From a virus (taxonomy: Duplodnaviria; Heunggongvirae; Uroviricota; Caudoviricetes), in IMG/VR virus record IMGVR_UViG_3300031344_000001: a stretch of 64,000 nucleotides of DNA; one strand, given 5' to 3'. Shown here one piece after another: positions 1 through 12,034 of this stretch. Within the stretch, counting starts at the first letter, position 1, and each line of letters opens with the position of its first letter. A program made the position numbers and the translations under genes. The notes below the pieces were generated by a model. It did not search any database and was not told where the DNA came from. It saw nothing but the letters and a program-made list of their open reading frames with translations.

Positions 1-669
1 GGGCGCGGGCTCGGATGGCTCGGAGGGCTCGGCGGGCTCGGCGGGCTCGGCGGGCTCGGGCTCGGCGGGCTCGGCGGGCTCGGGCTCGGCGAGCTCGGCG
101 GGCTCGGGCTCGGGCTCGGCGGGCTCGGCGGGCTCGGGCTCGGCGGGCTCGGCGGGCTCGGGCTCGGCGAGCTCGGCGGGCTCGGGCTCGGGCTCGGCGG
201 GCTCGTCCGACTCGAGATCGACGTAGGTCACCGGGTTGTGCGGCCCCGGGCGATGCAGCCGATCCTCGCTCTGGAGCCGCTCCAAGAGCGCGTTTGACGT
301 GGCGGGCTCGTCAGATTCGGCGGGCTCGGCGGGCTCGGGATCGGCCTCGTAGGCGCAGCACTCGGTGCAGTGCGTGCAGGCCGTCGATCCGGGGAACTCG
401 GGGTCGCGACCGTGATCCTCGGGGGCGCCACCGCAGACGCACGGATCCGTGCCGCTCACGACGGCCCCAGCCGACAGAGGCGCAGTCGTGGGCTTCGCCA
501 GCGGCTTCTTCGCGGGCACCTTCTTCTTCGCGGGCACTTTCTTCTTCGCGGGCACCTTCTTCTTCGCGGGCACCTTCTTCGCGATCTTGAGCACCTTCGC
601 CTTCACGTGGGCCTTCGTCTTGGTCTTCACGTGTGCCTTCGTCTTGGTCTTGGTCTTGGTCTTTGCCAT
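1..669 (-). CDS. Histone H1-like basic protein with Cys cluster and acidic EPA-repeat tail (3' end runs off window)
   Basis: Absent from the ORF track because there is no stop in the window. ATG at 669 reads MAKTKTKTKTKAHVKTKTKAHVKAKVLKIAKK(VPAKKK)3VPAKKP..., then CVC...CTHCTECC, then EPAEPEPEPAE repeats to base 1. Confidence 0.8.
   Translation of the reverse strand, partial: MAKTKTKTKTKAHVKTKTKAHVKAKVLKIAKKVPAKKKVPAKKKVPAKKKVPAKKPLAKPTTAPLSAGAVVSGTDPCVCGGAPEDHGRDPEFPGSTACTHCTECCAYEADPEPAEPAESDEPATSNALLERLQSEDRLHRPGPHNPVTYVDLESDEPAEPEPEPAELAEPEPAEPAEPEPAEPAEPEPEPAELAEPEPAEPAEPEPAEPAEPAEPSEPSEPAP
5..204. repeat. GGGCTC/GGCGGGCTC tandem repeat (encodes EP/EPA on the minus strand)
   Basis: Directly visible 6/9-bp tandem units. 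Confidence 0.9.
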
Positions 670-767
670 GGGGTCTTTCCTAGTCGTCGGAATGCTGCTT
701 CTGTCGCATGAATGCAGCGCGCGAGGCGCTCGTGACTGACACGAATTAATTCGGCGTTTGCACGTCT

Positions 768-795
768 GAAAAGTCGAGACCTCAGCGAGGTCTCG
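768..795 (-). terminator. Probable intrinsic terminator
   Basis: Perfect 9-bp stem CGAGACCTC-AGC-GAGGTCTCG (775-795), followed on the minus strand by ACTTTTC, just downstream of ORF 832..1140. Confidence 0.6.
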
Positions 796-2034
796 CATCG
801 ACTGCGTCCTTTCGCTCCTACACGCGCGCGCTCATCGACGCCCCCGCGACCAGTCACGTGCGTAGCGGTCCTGCGCGTCGCGCATCGGAGCGCTCGGGCC
901 GTGGCCATCGTTCAGCCCCTTGCGCGCGTGGTCGTCGTACGCTGCGACGATCGACGCGGCTCGCGGCTCGCCCGCGCTGACGACGCGCCACTCCCCCGGC
1001 ACCCCTTCGATCTTGAGCACGGCGCCGACGCGCGCCTTTCCCGAGGGGATCCAAGCGACGTACTCGCGGTAGCGCCGCGCGTCGCCGTCGTGCAGGACGC
1101 ACTGGCGGTACATCTCTTCCTTCGTGGTGGTCGAGCTCACAGCGGAATCCCCATTAGTTCACGCGCGTGCGGTCTTGGCAGTGGCACCCGCACTCCAGGG
1201 CATCGCAGCGCGTGTGGTCGGCCGGTCGTCCCGCCAGCTTGGCGCGGAAGTGCGGAGCGCACCACGCGCAGACGCGCTGGGCGCCGAGCGCGGCGGCGAC
1301 CTGGTCGTGCGGGTCGAGGAGGTTGCGCTTGGTCACGGCACCCCCTCCTTGGCAGCCGCAGACACAGCGGCGACGATCGGGTGGACCGGCGCCTCTGTGA
1401 TCATCCTGCCGACGAACTTGAGCACGCCCTTGAGCGTGACCTCGTCGCCGCCACATGAGAGCCCGGCCGAGTACACGAGCGCCTCGGTAAGAAAGCGCAT
1501 GACGCGGACCGACGCCTCTCGCGCGTCGCCGCCTGCTTCGCGGACCGCCTGCTCGTAGATCGCGTGCGCGAGGGCCTCAGGGGTCGCGGGCTTGATCTCT
1601 GGAACCTCGGTCATGCCCGCACCTCTCTGCGCGCGTGCACCTTGCAGGCGCGCGTCTTCGTTCTTACGGTCCGCGCACCATGAAACACCAGTACGCCAGC
1701 TCCGGAGAACACGGCTGCACCTGCAACGTCAAGCGCAAGAGTCTGTTCGGCCTGCTCCACGTCCAGTCGGGGGTCCACAAGCGCGGCTGCCCCAAGAGCA
1801 CGAAGCTCGATGAAGTGCTGCGCACGTTCGAGTAGGCCGTTCACGCGATTGACCTCTGGGCCGCGGCCACTGCGGCACTTTCCGTCGAGAAGCGGCGAGG
1901 ACGCCCTCCCTTGTCCACGAGGCGTGTGCCCTCGACGTAGACCGTCCACGGCTTGACCGCCACGTGCGCGTGGGCGTAGCCGGCGACGGCGGGATCCTTG
2001 ACCGCTTTGATCTCGCGCTCCTTTGTCACTGGCG

Positions 2035-2940
2035 TCATCGCGACTCCTTCGTTTCGTCGAGCACGCGATCGAGCATCACGGCCTCGTCGAGCAAGTCCTG
2101 CGCCCCGCGCCCCAGCTCGGGACGGCCCGCGAATCCGCGGAGAAATCCGCGGGTGTCGATCAAAGCCGTCCGCAGCCGCCGAGCAGTCTTAACGAGTGTC
2201 TCGTGTGCACGCGCGTCGATCTGCGGCCTGGCCCTCCACCGCTCCACGACACGAACGACCGCGACGACGGCCTGCATGCGCGGGGTGTTGCCGTGGACGT
2301 GCCTGGACGGGTCGCCACCGACCGAGATCGCGTAGTCGTTGACCGCGTTCCACAGCTCAGTCTCGAGTTGCATGCATGGATCGCAACACGAGGGATCATG
2401 CGTCGCGCACGTGTGCCCTGCGTCGTCGCTGTCGATGGGAACGAGGCGAATCGCCGCGCGCAGCCGCTCGATCTCGTCGAGCAGCGCGGGAACGAACGCG
2501 CGGGCTGCCACGACGAAGGCCGCGTTGGCCGCCCCATTCGCGCTGTCGTGCAGCTTGGCGACGTAGGGCGTCACGCCCGCGGCGTGCACGTAGACGACGT
2601 GCGGCGGTTTGCTGCCGACCGCTCGCCACGGGGGCGGCGTCGCCGCCTCGCACAGCTTCCGCGCCGTCTCGACCGCGTCGATCCCAAGCAGGTCCTCACT
2701 CAGCTGCATCGCATCGACGTGCGCACGCCACGCTTCGCAGCTCACGTGCCAGCGCCCCGTACCGGACTCCTTCGAGGCGGCGGCAACCACGCGGTCGATG
2801 AGAGTCTCGTCCGTCTCCTTGAAGTTACCGAAGACGACGTTGGTGGCCGCCCGGCGCACCGCGCCCTCGATCGTACCATGCACGGAGTAGTCGTGAAGCT
2901 GCCCCGCAGCGTCGTAGACGTGGACGACGAAGACCTTCAT
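2035..2940 (-). CDS. Phage protein with Ead/Ea22-like 'TPxPW...FxxAAR..VPxLLDEIERL' module
   Basis: LCEAATPPPW...ANAAFVVAARAFVPALLDEIERLR; ATG at 2940 overlaps the upstream stop. Confidence 0.6.
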   Translation of the reverse strand: MKVFVVHVYDAAGQLHDYSVHGTIEGAVRRAATNVVFGNFKETDETLIDRVVAAASKESGTGRWHVSCEAWRAHVDAMQLSEDLLGIDAVETARKLCEAATPPPWRAVGSKPPHVVYVHAAGVTPYVAKLHDSANGAANAAFVVAARAFVPALLDEIERLRAAIRLVPIDSDDAGHTCATHDPSCCDPCMQLETELWNAVNDYAISVGGDPSRHVHGNTPRMQAVVAVVRVVERWRARPQIDARAHETLVKTARRLRTALIDTRGFLRGFAGRPELGRGAQDLLDEAVMLDRVLDETKESR

Positions 2941-3402
2941 CGAAGCGCCTCGGCGTCGCGCATGACCTGGGCGTCGGCGACGCGCTTGTAGTGGTAGCAG
3001 CGGTGCTCTCGGGGCGTGCGGCGACGGTGGCCTCCGAGCGACCTGGTGATCACGACTCCCTTGTACTTGCAGGGCTCCTGGAGCCCCGCCTGGCACATGC
3101 GGCACGGGATCGCACGCGGGCTCACTTGAGCACCTTCCGGAGGTAGGCCACCGCGTCGTCGACGATCTGCTGCTGCCAGCCGCGTCCACCGTACTTCTTG
3201 CGAGAAGAGTCCCACGCTTCATCGACGAAGCGCCCCATCGTGTCGTGTCCGCCGCGGAAGCCGCGCTTGCGAAAGTCGATCGTGGCCATGTAACGCACTC
3301 CCGTCGGAGGTGTCGACAGGAGCGCCTGGTCTGGTAGCCGCACGATGTTCTCGAGCGTCCATCCCTCAGGCACGACGAGCGCGTGCAGGTTCGGCGCGGC
3401 GG

Positions 3403-3624
3403 TCACGGAGACGACGTCCGTCGGCCGGTCGTCGTCTTCTTCTTCTTCTTCTTCGGGCCGTCCGCGAACGGCGAGGAAGGCTCGTCGCGACGCGCGTTCA
3501 GGCTGTCGCGGATCCACGTCGAGAGCCCCATCGCGTCCGCGCGAGCGAGGCGCCGCCACGCGGCCCTCTCCTTCGGGAAAGCCCGAAAGCGCACGATGAC
3601 GGACTTGACCGGAGGCTTGGGCAT
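3403..3624 (-). CDS. Ribbon-helix-helix-like DNA-binding protein (paralog 1)
   Basis: SVIVRFRAFPKERAAWRRLARADAMGLSTWIRDSLN: beta-helix-helix pattern shared with 27809 and 35817 ORFs. Confidence 0.6.
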   Translation of the reverse strand: MPKPPVKSVIVRFRAFPKERAAWRRLARADAMGLSTWIRDSLNARRDEPSSPFADGPKKKKKKTTTGRRTSSP

Positions 3625-3625
3625 C

Positions 3626-3666
3626 TGTGGCGACAAAGGTAGCCACACTCCACGGGAGCCTGTCAA
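3626..3666 (-). promoter_or_regulatory. Putative sigma70-type promoter with operator palindrome
   Basis: TTGACA (3666-3661)-19 bp-TACCTT (3641-3636); inverted repeat TGTGGC-N10-GCCACA at 3626-3647. The spacer is longer than canonical. Confidence 0.45.
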
Positions 3667-4619
3667 GACGGGATCTCGCCGCCGCGGGGTCAGCGAGCAG
3701 CGGGCGACGTCGGCCGGTAGTCGCACTGAGCGCCGCAGCCGCAACGCCAGTAGTGCGGCTCAACTTTACGCATGCGGACGAGACCGGGGCAGCGCAGGCA
3801 GTACGGGGCGTAGCTCGGATCGGCCGCCGCGTTGCGCAAGATGACCTCGCGCTGCCACGCTTCGGCGTCGAAGCTCACGGACCACCCACGTCGCCCGTCT
3901 CGACGACGTACTCGGCATTGGACATCCACCGGTACGGGTCACACGCCTCGCAGACGTCCTCGGTGGCCCAGGCGTGCATCGTCCTACCGGTCGACTTTCG
4001 ACAGTATTGGCAGCGCGTGACGTAGCGCCGACGCGGGTACACGTACCAGCGGAACCGCCAGTAGATCATCCGCCACCACGAGAAGGGATTCATGGGGACT
4101 CCTCGCCCAGGCACTCGACCTGGTACGCCTGGACGGCGCCGTCGAGCACGATCTCCGTCAGCGCCGCGTCATCGCTTCTACCCGAGAGGAGCGCCTTGAC
4201 GTGGTCGACGACGGCCCGCGCGAGGCCAGCGACGTGCCGCGGGATCTGCGGCGGGATGACGCGCTCCGTGCCCAGCTCGCGGCAGTCGAAGCACGGCGAC
4301 GATTCCCGCGGGTCAGGAGCACGCACGCACGCCGCGCACTGCTTACGACGCGCGTGGCTGCCTCTGCAACACGCGCAGTCGTCGCAGCCGAACCACGCGA
4401 CACCTGCACCAATCTCCTCGACCCGATCCGCGTTGACCGGCGCCACGATCATCGTAGCGCGGTCCTGTCGCACGATCCCATTCATGATCAAACTCCACGT
4501 CGACCCGCACCCGATGCAACGCAAGATGTCACCGTAGCGTGGAGCCTGCATGTCGCCCGCACAGTCCGACACCTCAACAGCGACGAGCGCCACGACTGCG
4601 TCATTGCCCACAGCCGCGT

Positions 4620-5237
4620 TCATCGCGCCTCCACGATCGTGACCTCCACCTCGACCTCCCCGACCTTGACCACGTCCCCCGATCGAATCGCCAGCTTGCT
4701 GGCGCGCTGACCGTTGACGAACGTCCCGTTCACCGAGCCGAGATCGATGATGACCGCCTCCGCGGCGGTGCGCGCCTCGATGATCGCGTGCATGCGCCCG
4801 ACGCTCGGATCGTCGAGTCGGAGGTGAGCGGACGCCACCCGGCCGATCTTGACGACCTGCCCGTCCAACGTGACGACGCGCCCCGCACAAGCGTGCCGCG
4901 CGGAATCGGCACGGACGCGGAGCGTGATCCGGGACTTCGTGCTCGTGCTTGCGCTCGTGGGCGCCTTCGTCGAGACGGACTTCATGTCGAACGGGTCGAG
5001 CCTGGAGTCCTCGATGATGTCAGGACCAGGACCCGTCTTCCACAGGTTGTCACGACACGCCATGGAACACGCCCAGACGATGTAGACGCGCCCAGTGTCG
5101 CGGTCGTTCTCGCGCATCGGCGACTCGAGGAAGAACCAGTGGTCGGGCGCGGCGCAGCCCGCGCGACGTCGCCCCGAGTGCCCGCAGCCATCGCATCGAA
5201 CGGGCGCGTCGCTCGGCAGTGTGGTGTCTACGATCAT
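4620..5237 (-). CDS. Zn-finger + FHA domain protein
   Basis: N-terminal CDGC...WACSMAC; C-terminal KIGR..SAHLRLDDPSVGRMHA..DLGSVNGTFVNG..IRSGDVVKVG is a canonical FHA signature. Confidence 0.85.
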   Translation of the reverse strand: MIVDTTLPSDAPVRCDGCGHSGRRRAGCAAPDHWFFLESPMRENDRDTGRVYIVWACSMACRDNLWKTGPGPDIIEDSRLDPFDMKSVSTKAPTSASTSTKSRITLRVRADSARHACAGRVVTLDGQVVKIGRVASAHLRLDDPSVGRMHAIIEARTAAEAVIIDLGSVNGTFVNGQRASKLAIRSGDVVKVGEVEVEVTIVEAR

Positions 5238-7746
5238 GTCAGTCTCCTGTTCATTCGCTGGTCGCTGGGCTCGGCGACGCGGACCTGCGTGACCGCAAGC
5301 CGGCCAGGATGCCGATTCGGATCGCACTCGTGGCCGGTGAGGAACCCGGTGATCTGAGAGTCGAGCACGTGGGCCCACTCCTTGGCTGAGGCCGAGGGCT
5401 GGTAGCAGATCGGTGCACGCGCCTCGCATCCGTCGACCATGCACTGCGTCGCGCCGATGACGTCCCCGGCGCGCACGGTCTCGTTGTCGAAGTCGAGCAT
5501 GATCGTCGACGTGACACGACGGCCTTTCCTGAGCGTCAGCATGGCTTCCTCGTCGTCTTGGGTGAAGTGCAGGGCTTCACGAGGGCGTCGTCGGTGAACT
5601 GACCGGCAGCGTGCACGATCTCCTCGGCCTTGCAACCACGGCACTGGCGAACGCTGTAGAAACGCTCCGTGCCGGCGGGCGCGCGCACGTCGGTGAAGAA
5701 CTTGCTCATGCGGTGGGAAGCGTGGACCGCGCGCTTCATCAGGTGCCCTTGCGGAACGTCACGACGGCCGCCGGCAGCTCGACGTAGTTCTCCATGAGCC
5801 ACTTCAGGCGCCCTTTTTCTCGACAGGCCTCGCACATGACCGCCATGACGCGCGTCCCGTCCGCCGTCAGGCGCTCGACATCTTCGTACAGCCGCCAGCA
5901 ACACCCGCAGTGGATCATACGCAAGGGTCCCGTTCGAGGAAGGTGGTCGTACTCAAGGGACAGCCCAAGAGGCAAACCATCAAGCGTCTCGTGTATCCGC
6001 TTCACGCGAGCCTCGTCAGGGGCTTCGTCAAAGAACGCCAGCGATCGCGCCAGGCGTCGCGCTCGATGAAGTCCCGAGGCTCGCGGCGCAGTTGCTGCTG
6101 CTCATCGGGCGTGAGCACGGCGAGCAGCCCCTCGTAGCAGCGGTGGCACACGCTCTCGCCGGTGATCGGCAGGTACCAGCGCGCCTCGTCGCCGGGGCAT
6201 TGGCGCTCAGCCGCGTTGTAGCGCTCGCACATGTGCGTGCGCACTTGAGGTGCTTGCGTCCCGCAGGCGCAAGCACCGATGGTCCCACTGCATTGACGAC
6301 ACCTCTCGCGCCACGGGGCGTGGCAGAACGTAAGCTTGCACCCATCAACAGCGGGATGCGCGTAGTGGTCGAGGACGGCGTCCCAGACGCTCGGCAACCC
6401 CGCTGCACAGTACGGGCAGCGCGTAGGATCACTCATCGCGCGACCCCGATGCGGACATCGAAGGCATGCTGGTCAAGTAGCTCTCGAAGCACTCGTGCCT
6501 CCAGGCGTCGATCCCAACGCCGCCGCGCGAACGGCCGCCAGACAGGTGGGCGCGGCGTGCCTCCCATGAGTTCGCCGAACGTCGCGAACGGCGTGACCTC
6601 CCGGTCGAGCGCGTACGGGTCGCGGTCGATCACGGGTCGGCCGCACGCGGGGCAGCACCACGCGTCGATCGCAACGTGCTTCGCTCCAACCTGATCTGCC
6701 CGATCGCGGCTCATGCGTCCTCGATGACGACCGGGAACTCGCGAGCGTGGTGCTTGGTGCGTTGCTCCATGCCGGGGCGCAGCGCTCGGTCCATGTCGTC
6801 CGCGAGCTTGCGCAGGTTCGTCGCGGCCTCGTCCTTGCCCTCGCGGAACAACACCACCGCGCGTTCTTTGAGCCACTCCACGGCGACGCTGAGCCCGCTC
6901 GCGTGGCCGTTGAGCCATCCCTGCGTGCGGATATTGCCGAACGAGTAGCGGACGCCCTCTTCGTCGGTGAGGATCGTGTCAGCCACGGGGACCCTCGTTG
7001 GAGCAAGCGTTCCGCAACCGCCGCTCACGCGCGTCGATGTGCAGGCACTCGACGATGCTGAGGCCCTGCCCCAGGTGCCGCGTCTTCTTGCACTGGACGG
7101 ACCAGACCAGCTCCAGCCCCGCGCGGCACGCGCGGCAGTCGACGGACTCCTCGCGGCACGCCCGACACTCGACGGACTGGTCGCTCACGACGCCCCTCGC
7201 GCGGCGGGTGGTCCCCGCAGGTCGGCCACGACCTGGCGGACGAACTCGACGAGTTGTTCCTCGGTGTGACCACTCTCGGCCATCATCGTGACGCCCAGAC
7301 CGAACGTCGCCCCCGCGATCACGTTGACGGGGAAACCCCACTTCTTGACGAGCTCCTTGTGGACCTCCTTCAAGGCGCGGGTGGTGATCGCCGTCATCTG
7401 CTCCGTGGTCCTCATGCGCGAGGCGCTCCGATCTGGTGAAGGGGTTTACGCTTCGGAGCCTTCGGAGCCTTCGGAGCCTCCTGAACTTCGACGCCAATGA
7501 AGGCGAGTGCCTCGATGAAGTCCTTGTCCCAGCGTTCGACGAAGCGCTTGCCGTCGACGACCTTCGTCACGAGTCCCGATCCAGCGCCGATCTTGCCGTC
7601 GGTTCGCAGCGTCTCGACGACGCACGCTGCGAGCTTCAAGGCAGCTTCACGCCAGTCGCAGTGGTGATCGAACTTCGGCTTGGAGGGCTTGGCGTCCTTC
7701 GCCTTGGGGGTCTTCTTCATTCGTTGGAGGCTCCTGGTGATCTTCT

Positions 7747-8580
7747 TCATTCGTCGACAGCTCCGAGCTTGGCGAATTGGGGTTGATCCCGCAACCTCAG
7801 CCGCCGCAAGAGCGGCAGGACGTCCGCGTTCATGACCCGCAGGAACTCGGTCGTCGCGCGCGCGTCGCGACGGATCGCCTCGAACACGAGCATGAGGTGG
7901 AGCGGGCGCTCCGGTGTCCCGCCCGCTCCCCGCGACAAGAGCGCGTCCCACGCCTTCTTGAACCACTCCAACTCATCCGCGTCGATCGGCCGGTCAAGGT
8001 AGAGGCCCGTCGGACCGTCGGGCGGCAGGTCGTCGCTGCCGGTGACCGCGAGCGACGGCGACGGTGCCCCCGCGCCGAGGCGCGCGCGCGCGCGGTGCAC
8101 GGCCAGCTCGTCGAGCATCGCGGAGAGGACGCCCAAGCAGCCGGTCGTGGCGTCGAGGGCCTGGCGCACCTCGTGGACCGAGGGCGCCGGAGGGGGGTCG
8201 GCCGCGACCCGCGTGACCCGGAGGTGCACGCGCCAGTCAAACGGGGGGAAGACCTCCGTGTCGAGGTCGATCGTGCGGAAGCCCTCTCGCTCCTCGATCG
8301 AGAAGAATACACCGTCGTGCAGGTCCGCGAAGCTGCGCAGGAGGTCCGTCAGGTTCGCCCCCGCGTTCCGCGCAGCAGCCTCCTTGGCAGCGCGCTCCTC
8401 GGCCTCCGACGCGCAGGTGCTGAGGACTGGATCTGTCTGGTCCTTGAGTCGCGGCGCGATCAGCAGGTAGGCGTAGACCTCCGCGACGTCCCCGCCGTAG
8501 CCATTCTTGCCCGCGAGCGCCAGCTCGAGGTCGTGCCAGACGCGGACCGCATTGCCGACGGACGGCGCTTCTTCGTTCAC
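7747..8580 (-). CDS. Hypothetical protein
   Basis: Coupled GTG start at 8580, normal composition. Confidence 0.6.
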   Translation of the reverse strand: MNEEAPSVGNAVRVWHDLELALAGKNGYGGDVAEVYAYLLIAPRLKDQTDPVLSTCASEAEERAAKEAAARNAGANLTDLLRSFADLHDGVFFSIEEREGFRTIDLDTEVFPPFDWRVHLRVTRVAADPPPAPSVHEVRQALDATTGCLGVLSAMLDELAVHRARARLGAGAPSPSLAVTGSDDLPPDGPTGLYLDRPIDADELEWFKKAWDALLSRGAGGTPERPLHLMLVFEAIRRDARATTEFLRVMNADVLPLLRRLRLRDQPQFAKLGAVDE

Positions 8581-9765
8581 ACGACCTCCTTGGGTACGCG
8601 CTGCGGGATACCACCAGCCCACACGAACGAGGCACCGCAGCGAAGGCACGTGAACGGCAGCCGCTGGCCGTCGTCCGGCGGCCCATGCGCGGCGGGATCG
8701 GAGAGCAGCGCCTGCGCCTCCGGGTCTGCGGTCCAGCCGTTGCCGAACGGGTCGTCACCTGTGACGTGTCCTTGCCGGATCGCCTCGAAGCGAGTGGCGG
8801 CCTCGCGCGTGAAAGGACGCGGGTTGGTGAACCCAACATTCTTGCCGCAGCACTCGACGGCGAGAAGGCCGCCGATCGGTGCAAGCTGCTCAGCGAGGGT
8901 AGCGCTCACAGGATCACTCCTTCGACGACCACACGCGCGAGGAGCGGGCGATCACCACAGTTGGTCACGCGCACCGAGACCACGTCGTCGACACCTGCGA
9001 CCGGCAGGTCGGCGACCTGCGCTGGCGGGCGCGCGCAGTTGCCGACGGCGACGTGATCGATCTTCAGCAGCGCCGTTGCTCTCGCGCGATCAGCGGCCTC
9101 GCGGTCACGGAGGATCCGACCGACGAGGCGGCCCACGCCGGGGATCCGGCGCACCAGTCGCTCGACCTGCGACTGCGGAAACGCTGCGGTCGCCCGGGTG
9201 CCCGTCACGCGGAAACACCCCTGAAGGAGGGCCCCGCCGACGTGGAGTCCGCCACCAGGATCCAGGCACCCGAGGTTCACGACCACGAAGGCGCCGTTCG
9301 GCGCGGCGCTTCTCAAGCGTCCCCCCGCGCTTGACCGCACCTGTTCGGGTGCACCCGCCAGTCGGTCCAGTTATCGACGTGCAGTGGCTGCGGCGCTGCG
9401 GCGCCGCCCAGATCATGACGCCGCAATGGTTGCAGCAGCGGCGCTCGGAACCGTACGGCTGGTCGTCCTGCGTGAGGACGTGCACGATCGACGTGGAGTC
9501 TAGTTGCTTGCAGGCTTGTCCGGTTGTCACCCAACACATCACAGCGGACTCTCCCAGTCCGAGCGCGTCCACGGGTGGTCTCCCTGTCGGACCTCGCCCT
9601 CGTAAAACCCGTGTGGCTGCTCGTGGTCGTCGGAGCCCCAGTAACGATGCGCGCCCTTCGCGCCATGGTTCGCGCTCACCTCCGAGATGGTGATCGTGCG
9701 GAGCACCTGTCGATCCCAGCCCGTGTCGATAGTCACGACGTCGCCGACTTTGTATTTTGGTTTGC

Positions 9766-9925
9766 TCATGTCTTGTCCTCGTTCTTGAATCCCGGCAAGA
9801 AACGCACGCCGACTGGGTGAACGACCACAGGGCGCCACGTCAGTCCACACTTCTGGCACGAGTGCGTGTGGTGTAGCTTGGCTGCGAACTCGCCCTCGTC
9901 GATATGGAGTTCGCCGCACTCCGCA
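9766..9925 (-). pseudogene. Start-less remnant of a Zn-binding phage domain
   Basis: Frame reads *WRADAECGELHIDEGEFAAKLHHTHSCQKCGLTWRPVVVHPVGVRFLPGFKNEDKT*, with an in-frame stop upstream and no start codon. Confidence 0.45.
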
Positions 9926-10484
9926 TCAGCGCGCCATCACTTCCTTCATTTCGGGGCTAACCCGCCAGTAGAGCTTCCAGCAATTCGTCACGACTGATCT
10001 CGAGCGCGTCGACCCACGCGCGGAGTCCGCCGCCGAGCCACGTGATCCTCGGACCCTCGCGCAGGTCTTTGTAGGTCTTCGTCATCACCACAGCCTGCGG
10101 CTCACCCTCTCGATCCTCGAAGCGCAGGTCAACGCCTCGGTCGTCCCACGCGCGGCACACCGAGTACATGCGCTTGTTATGATGGAAGATGCCGATGCAC
10201 GTCGTGCTCGACAGCCTCTCCACGAGCTTGAGCAGCCTGTTGCGATCCCAGGCTTCCCAGCGTGCGTCTGCTGGTGGCGTGTCACGCGTATCACTCGTAT
10301 CAAGCGTGTCACTCATGAGGATCCTCCTTCGAGGGTGCGCAGAGGTGCAGGCTGCCGAGGATCCACTTGTTGACGCAGACGATCTCACCGCACCCGGCGC
10401 AACGGCCGTAGAGCTTGCGGCCCACGGCGACCACCTCCCCAGGGCGCAGGTCGACCCTTTGCACCTGCGCATCGGGCGCCTTCG

Positions 10485-11225
10485 TCACGCGCCGCCTCCG
10501 TCCATCGCGCGCAGCAGCGCGTCGACCTTGCGAGGGTCGAGCACGCCGAACTTCTCCTCGACGCCGGTGCCGACGAGGTAAGCGTCGACGTACGGCAGAT
10601 AGTCGCGCACGTTCTCAGGTGTAATCCCCGACGCGAGCGCGATCGGCGAGGCCGTCCCGGCCCGCATCGCGCGGACCTTCGCGACATCGGCCGCCACGCC
10701 GGTGCCCGGGCCACTCGTGCAGACCACGTCGACGTAGGACGCCGCGAGCGCGGCGAGGCGGCCAAGATCCTCGTCGGCGACCGGGCGCTGGTACTTGAAC
10801 GCGACGCCCCCGAAGTAGAGGCCCTGCCAGCCCAACGCGCGACGAAACGCGACGAACAAGTCAGCGCGCTCCTGCTCACGGCGGTGCACGTCGACGCCCG
10901 CGTTGTCGCTCCAGACACCGTCGACACGACCGCCGCAAGCGTTGACGGCGTCCATGAGCACCTGAGCGGGGTACCGCGACGACAGCAGGTTCACGCCGAT
11001 CCACAGTTCGGGGTAGAGGTCGCGCGCCTCGCAGACGAGCGCGAGGACCTCGGCAGGCGGCAACTCCTGGTCGATCAGGAAGACGCCGCGGCAGCCCGCC
11101 GCGCGCGCGACGCGGACGCTCTCGAGGGCCTCGCTGCGCCCGATGGTGTGGACCACCGGGAGCAGGACGCGGGAACTGCCGAACATTTCGTGAAACCTCG
11201 ACGACGTCACCATTGGGGCTCCCAT
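10485..11225 (-). CDS. BtpA/SgcQ-family TIM-barrel protein
   Basis: LLPVVH...GVFLI..WIGVNLL..FGGVAFKYQ..DVVCTSGPGTG..IALASGITPENV..DAYLVGTG. Confidence 0.75.
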   Translation of the reverse strand: MGAPMVTSSRFHEMFGSSRVLLPVVHTIGRSEALESVRVARAAGCRGVFLIDQELPPAEVLALVCEARDLYPELWIGVNLLSSRYPAQVLMDAVNACGGRVDGVWSDNAGVDVHRREQERADLFVAFRRALGWQGLYFGGVAFKYQRPVADEDLGRLAALAASYVDVVCTSGPGTGVAADVAKVRAMRAGTASPIALASGITPENVRDYLPYVDAYLVGTGVEEKFGVLDPRKVDALLRAMDGGGA

Positions 11226-12034
11226 CACTGCTTGACCTCGACGCTGACGACGTGCTTCCAGCCATGCGCGTCGACGAGCCTCTGGTTCTTCTGACGAATG
11301 ACCTCGGCGCGCTCCTCCGAGATCCACTGCGAGGACCAGAAGACGCTTCCGTCCTTCGCGATGGACACGCGATAGTTGGACGACATCACCGGCACCTGTT
11401 CCGCGTAAGCTTCTCGCGTTTTGGCTCCTGTATAGAACTGCGCCACTGGTAGCCAAACGACGGTAGTGACAGGGTCTCGTCGGTGACGACGCAGGCGATC
11501 TTGGCGTGATCGACGCGGATCGCGTCCCCTGGGCGCAGCACGCCCCCACCGCAAGCGTGCGCGATCCTCTGCGCGAGCTCCTGCGGTGAAACGTCCTCGT
11601 CGAGCAGGAACGTGAGCGTTACCGCGTGCTTCTTGGAAACGTTGTCGATCTTCTTCATCAATTACTCACCGGCAGCGGCGACAACTCGTCGAGGTCCAGC
11701 CACACTTCCGCGAAGCGCCCCCGCCCGTCGTCCACCTTGTGGAGGTCGACGGCGAGGCGGATCCGGTACGGACGCCCGCCGCGGGCGTTCACTTCTCGAA
11801 GACCTTCGAGCAGCTCGGCGTCGTCGTTGACGACGGCCACGCCCTCGTACCCGATCCCGAAGGCGCTCATCGCAGCGACGAGCTTGGCCTCCGTCGAGAA
11901 CACGCAGACGAACAGGTCGTCGGTGCCAGGCATCCCCACGAGCACGGGCACCTGGGGCGACGCCGTCGGCATGAAGTAGCCCGTGAGCGCGCGCGCCACC
12001 TCACGATCGGAGATCCTGCGCGGCGCCTCGCGCG

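Noticed and set aside
15-590. 191-aa Arg/Ala-repeat ORF on + (and 449..739 Phe-repeat ORF)
   Set aside because: Antisense shadows of the minus-strand KT/PAKK/EPA repeat gene starting at 669
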